From Podarcis filfolensis (taxonomy: Eukaryota): a stretch of 64,000 bases of DNA. Below are positions 62,019 through 64,000 of this stretch, piece after piece. Under the pieces are notes generated by a model. It saw only the letters and a list, made by a program, of their open reading frames with translations. It was not told where the DNA came from and made no database searches. Every line of letters starts with the position of its first letter. Within the stretch, counting starts at the first letter, position 1. The stretch is from the NCBI GenBank assembly GCA_964270895.1, contig OZ185443.1; one strand, written 5' to 3'. A program made the position numbers and the translations under genes.

Positions 62019-64000
62019 GTGTAACGTGTGTATAATACAACAGAACAAATGCACATGTCCTCTTGCAAAGAGTTAGAAGTAAATAATAAAATAAATATTA
62101 CAATTACATGTGTTTCCAGTGCATTTTCATCCAGAAGAAAATGAACTCTTCTGTCTTGCTCCTGCCACACAAGGAACTTAATGGTGTCCCTCATCAAGGC
62201 TGTAATCATATGCATGCTTATCTTAGTGAATGTCCTATTGAACCTAATGACTTTTGATTAAGCATACATCTGATTACATAGCACATGTTATCCAATCATC
62301 AACCTAAAAGTAAAGGCAGCAGTGCAAGTCTTCTTTAAAGATTGTTCACAATGCAGAGAAGATTATGACAGAGAGCAGAGCTGCTAATCTTCTCCCCACT
62401 AGATTATGCCAACCAAATTATGATATTTCAGCTGTATTTAGTTACAGTCTGACTGATGGATGCAGCTGGAATGAAATCATAAACTGTGGAGCAGCATTGA
62501 CATAGTATTATATATTTCAATTGCACACCTCAAAAGGTATGTGGTATATGGATTGGAACCAAAATCCCTTAAAAAATGGACCTGTAGCACATGCTTTAGC
62601 TATTGCACTTCAGTGGTTAGATTGTACAAGCATGTGAAATATGAATCATATGGTACTGTTCCTTATTTATTTTTAATTTCCCACTGGTTCCCAATTTACC
62701 AAATTTCCAAGTGAAACTATTGTTCTTATGATTGCCAGTCCTTTTAAACTCGGATGGGATCAAGGTGTTGGTGTTTTAAAAAATGCTTGAAGATTAAACA
62801 ATGTTGTTCTATTTGCCTGTCATTCTCTGACTACATTGACTGTGACCTGCCGGAAATGTTTGAGACTAGTAGTTGTTGACAGTTACCACATGCTTCATTG
62901 TAAGGGAGAAAGCCTTCATTGTTGCTCTGTTTCCTTTTAATCTTTTGTTGTTTCTTCGCTTCTGCTTCAAGAGCTGCCATAAATACCACACAAGGAAATA
63001 AACATGAATTTCAAAATCACTGTAGCAATATTAGATAAGGGAAATCACCCATAAGAGGTAGGATAACTTAGGGAAATTAATGCCCATAAGGAGTGGCATT
63101 ACAGTGACAGGCATCACTCACAACATAGGTAAGCTCATAGGAACATCTGGATTGCTGTATACACATGTGCATGTATGTGAACAGGTGTATCCAGGGAGAT
63201 CTTTGTGTGTGCAGTCAGGAGCCCTACAAAGACTCGCCACAGATTCCTAATAAAATAGCTTGGGGTAGAGCCTGTCACTGCAATATTGCTTTTTCTCTAT
63301 GCAAATTCACTTTGATGAATAGCTGAAAAGGCTAAAATGGTGGAGCTATGGATGGTAAGCCCAATGAACAGAAATATAATTTTTAGCTGTTTGGAGTAGT
63401 TTGAAGAGAAGATTGTATGCCATAATTATGTTGCAAGGTGGAAAAAAAAGTGTGGCTTTGCAGGGTGTGGTATTGGGCTGGTAATCCAGCTCACTTAGAA
63501 TCTCAGTGTCCACTTTATTAGAAACACATTCTTAGCTATAATGGCTGTGAAAATACCCTATCCCTATGAGTTGAATATGTGAGTGGGGTTGTGTGATCCA
63601 TTCCCACCTCCATCACAAAGGCATGCAGTAGCTATGCCCCTGCCATTCAGCTGCTTGGCTGGCATGGGAAGATAGTCTATGTGCGCTCATCAGCAAATGC
63701 ATAGAGCCCGTTTATATGCCAACCACACCTGTGGACTGCACTGGCATGGATAGATGCACACAGCTTTGTGAGCCCCACCATGCTTACTTTTCATGTGTGA
63801 GGGTGTTATCTGAACCCCTTACCCATAATTGATAGTATGATCTTAAAAACCTGTGGGTTCCTTGAATGAGGTTCAAAATAACATGTGATGTGACATGCAT
63901 GGAAACATTTAACAGGGAAGCTTTGCATCCTTTCTAGTATTTGTGTGCAATGGGGCAAGCAGGATCAGGATTAGGATTGAAGTACATGGGGAGAATGTCT

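Noticed and set aside
62403-62536. Strong acceptor (CTAAT branch) and donor GTATGT pair
   Set aside because: Stops in all three frames; at most a non-coding or pseudo-exon, with no supporting evidence.

Overview
Vertebrate genomic DNA of low-to-moderate GC content, most likely a squamate reptile and probably a lacertid lizard. This is inferred from six Sauria SINE copies of the Podarcis/Lacerta type, a Bov-B RTE 3' end with a (CAA)n tail, and typical squamate L2/CR1 tails. I could not recognise any protein-coding gene, RNA gene, viral insertion or CRISPR-like array. The long ORFs in the track that I could explain fall in repeats or transposon relics, and the short ones resemble no protein I recognise, so the window looks intronic or intergenic. 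It is a dense mosaic of mobile elements: Tigger/pogo and hAT MITEs (one OposCharlie1-like with a perfect 8-bp TSD), four copies of one ~0.6-0.8 kb solo-LTR family within 19 kb, two or three other solo LTRs, and L1, L2, CR1 and RTE relics. The most unusual structures are a Tigger-type MITE carrying GC-rich tandem arrays of palindromes (1873-2867), a ~225-bp concentric foldback (37040-37266), a duplicated hairpin unit (33758-34075), and a MITE end fused to an L2-type tail seen twice. A few splice-site-bounded exon candidates are listed at low confidence. Family names come from recalled consensus sequences, not database searches. I found no convincing evidence of a new biological system.
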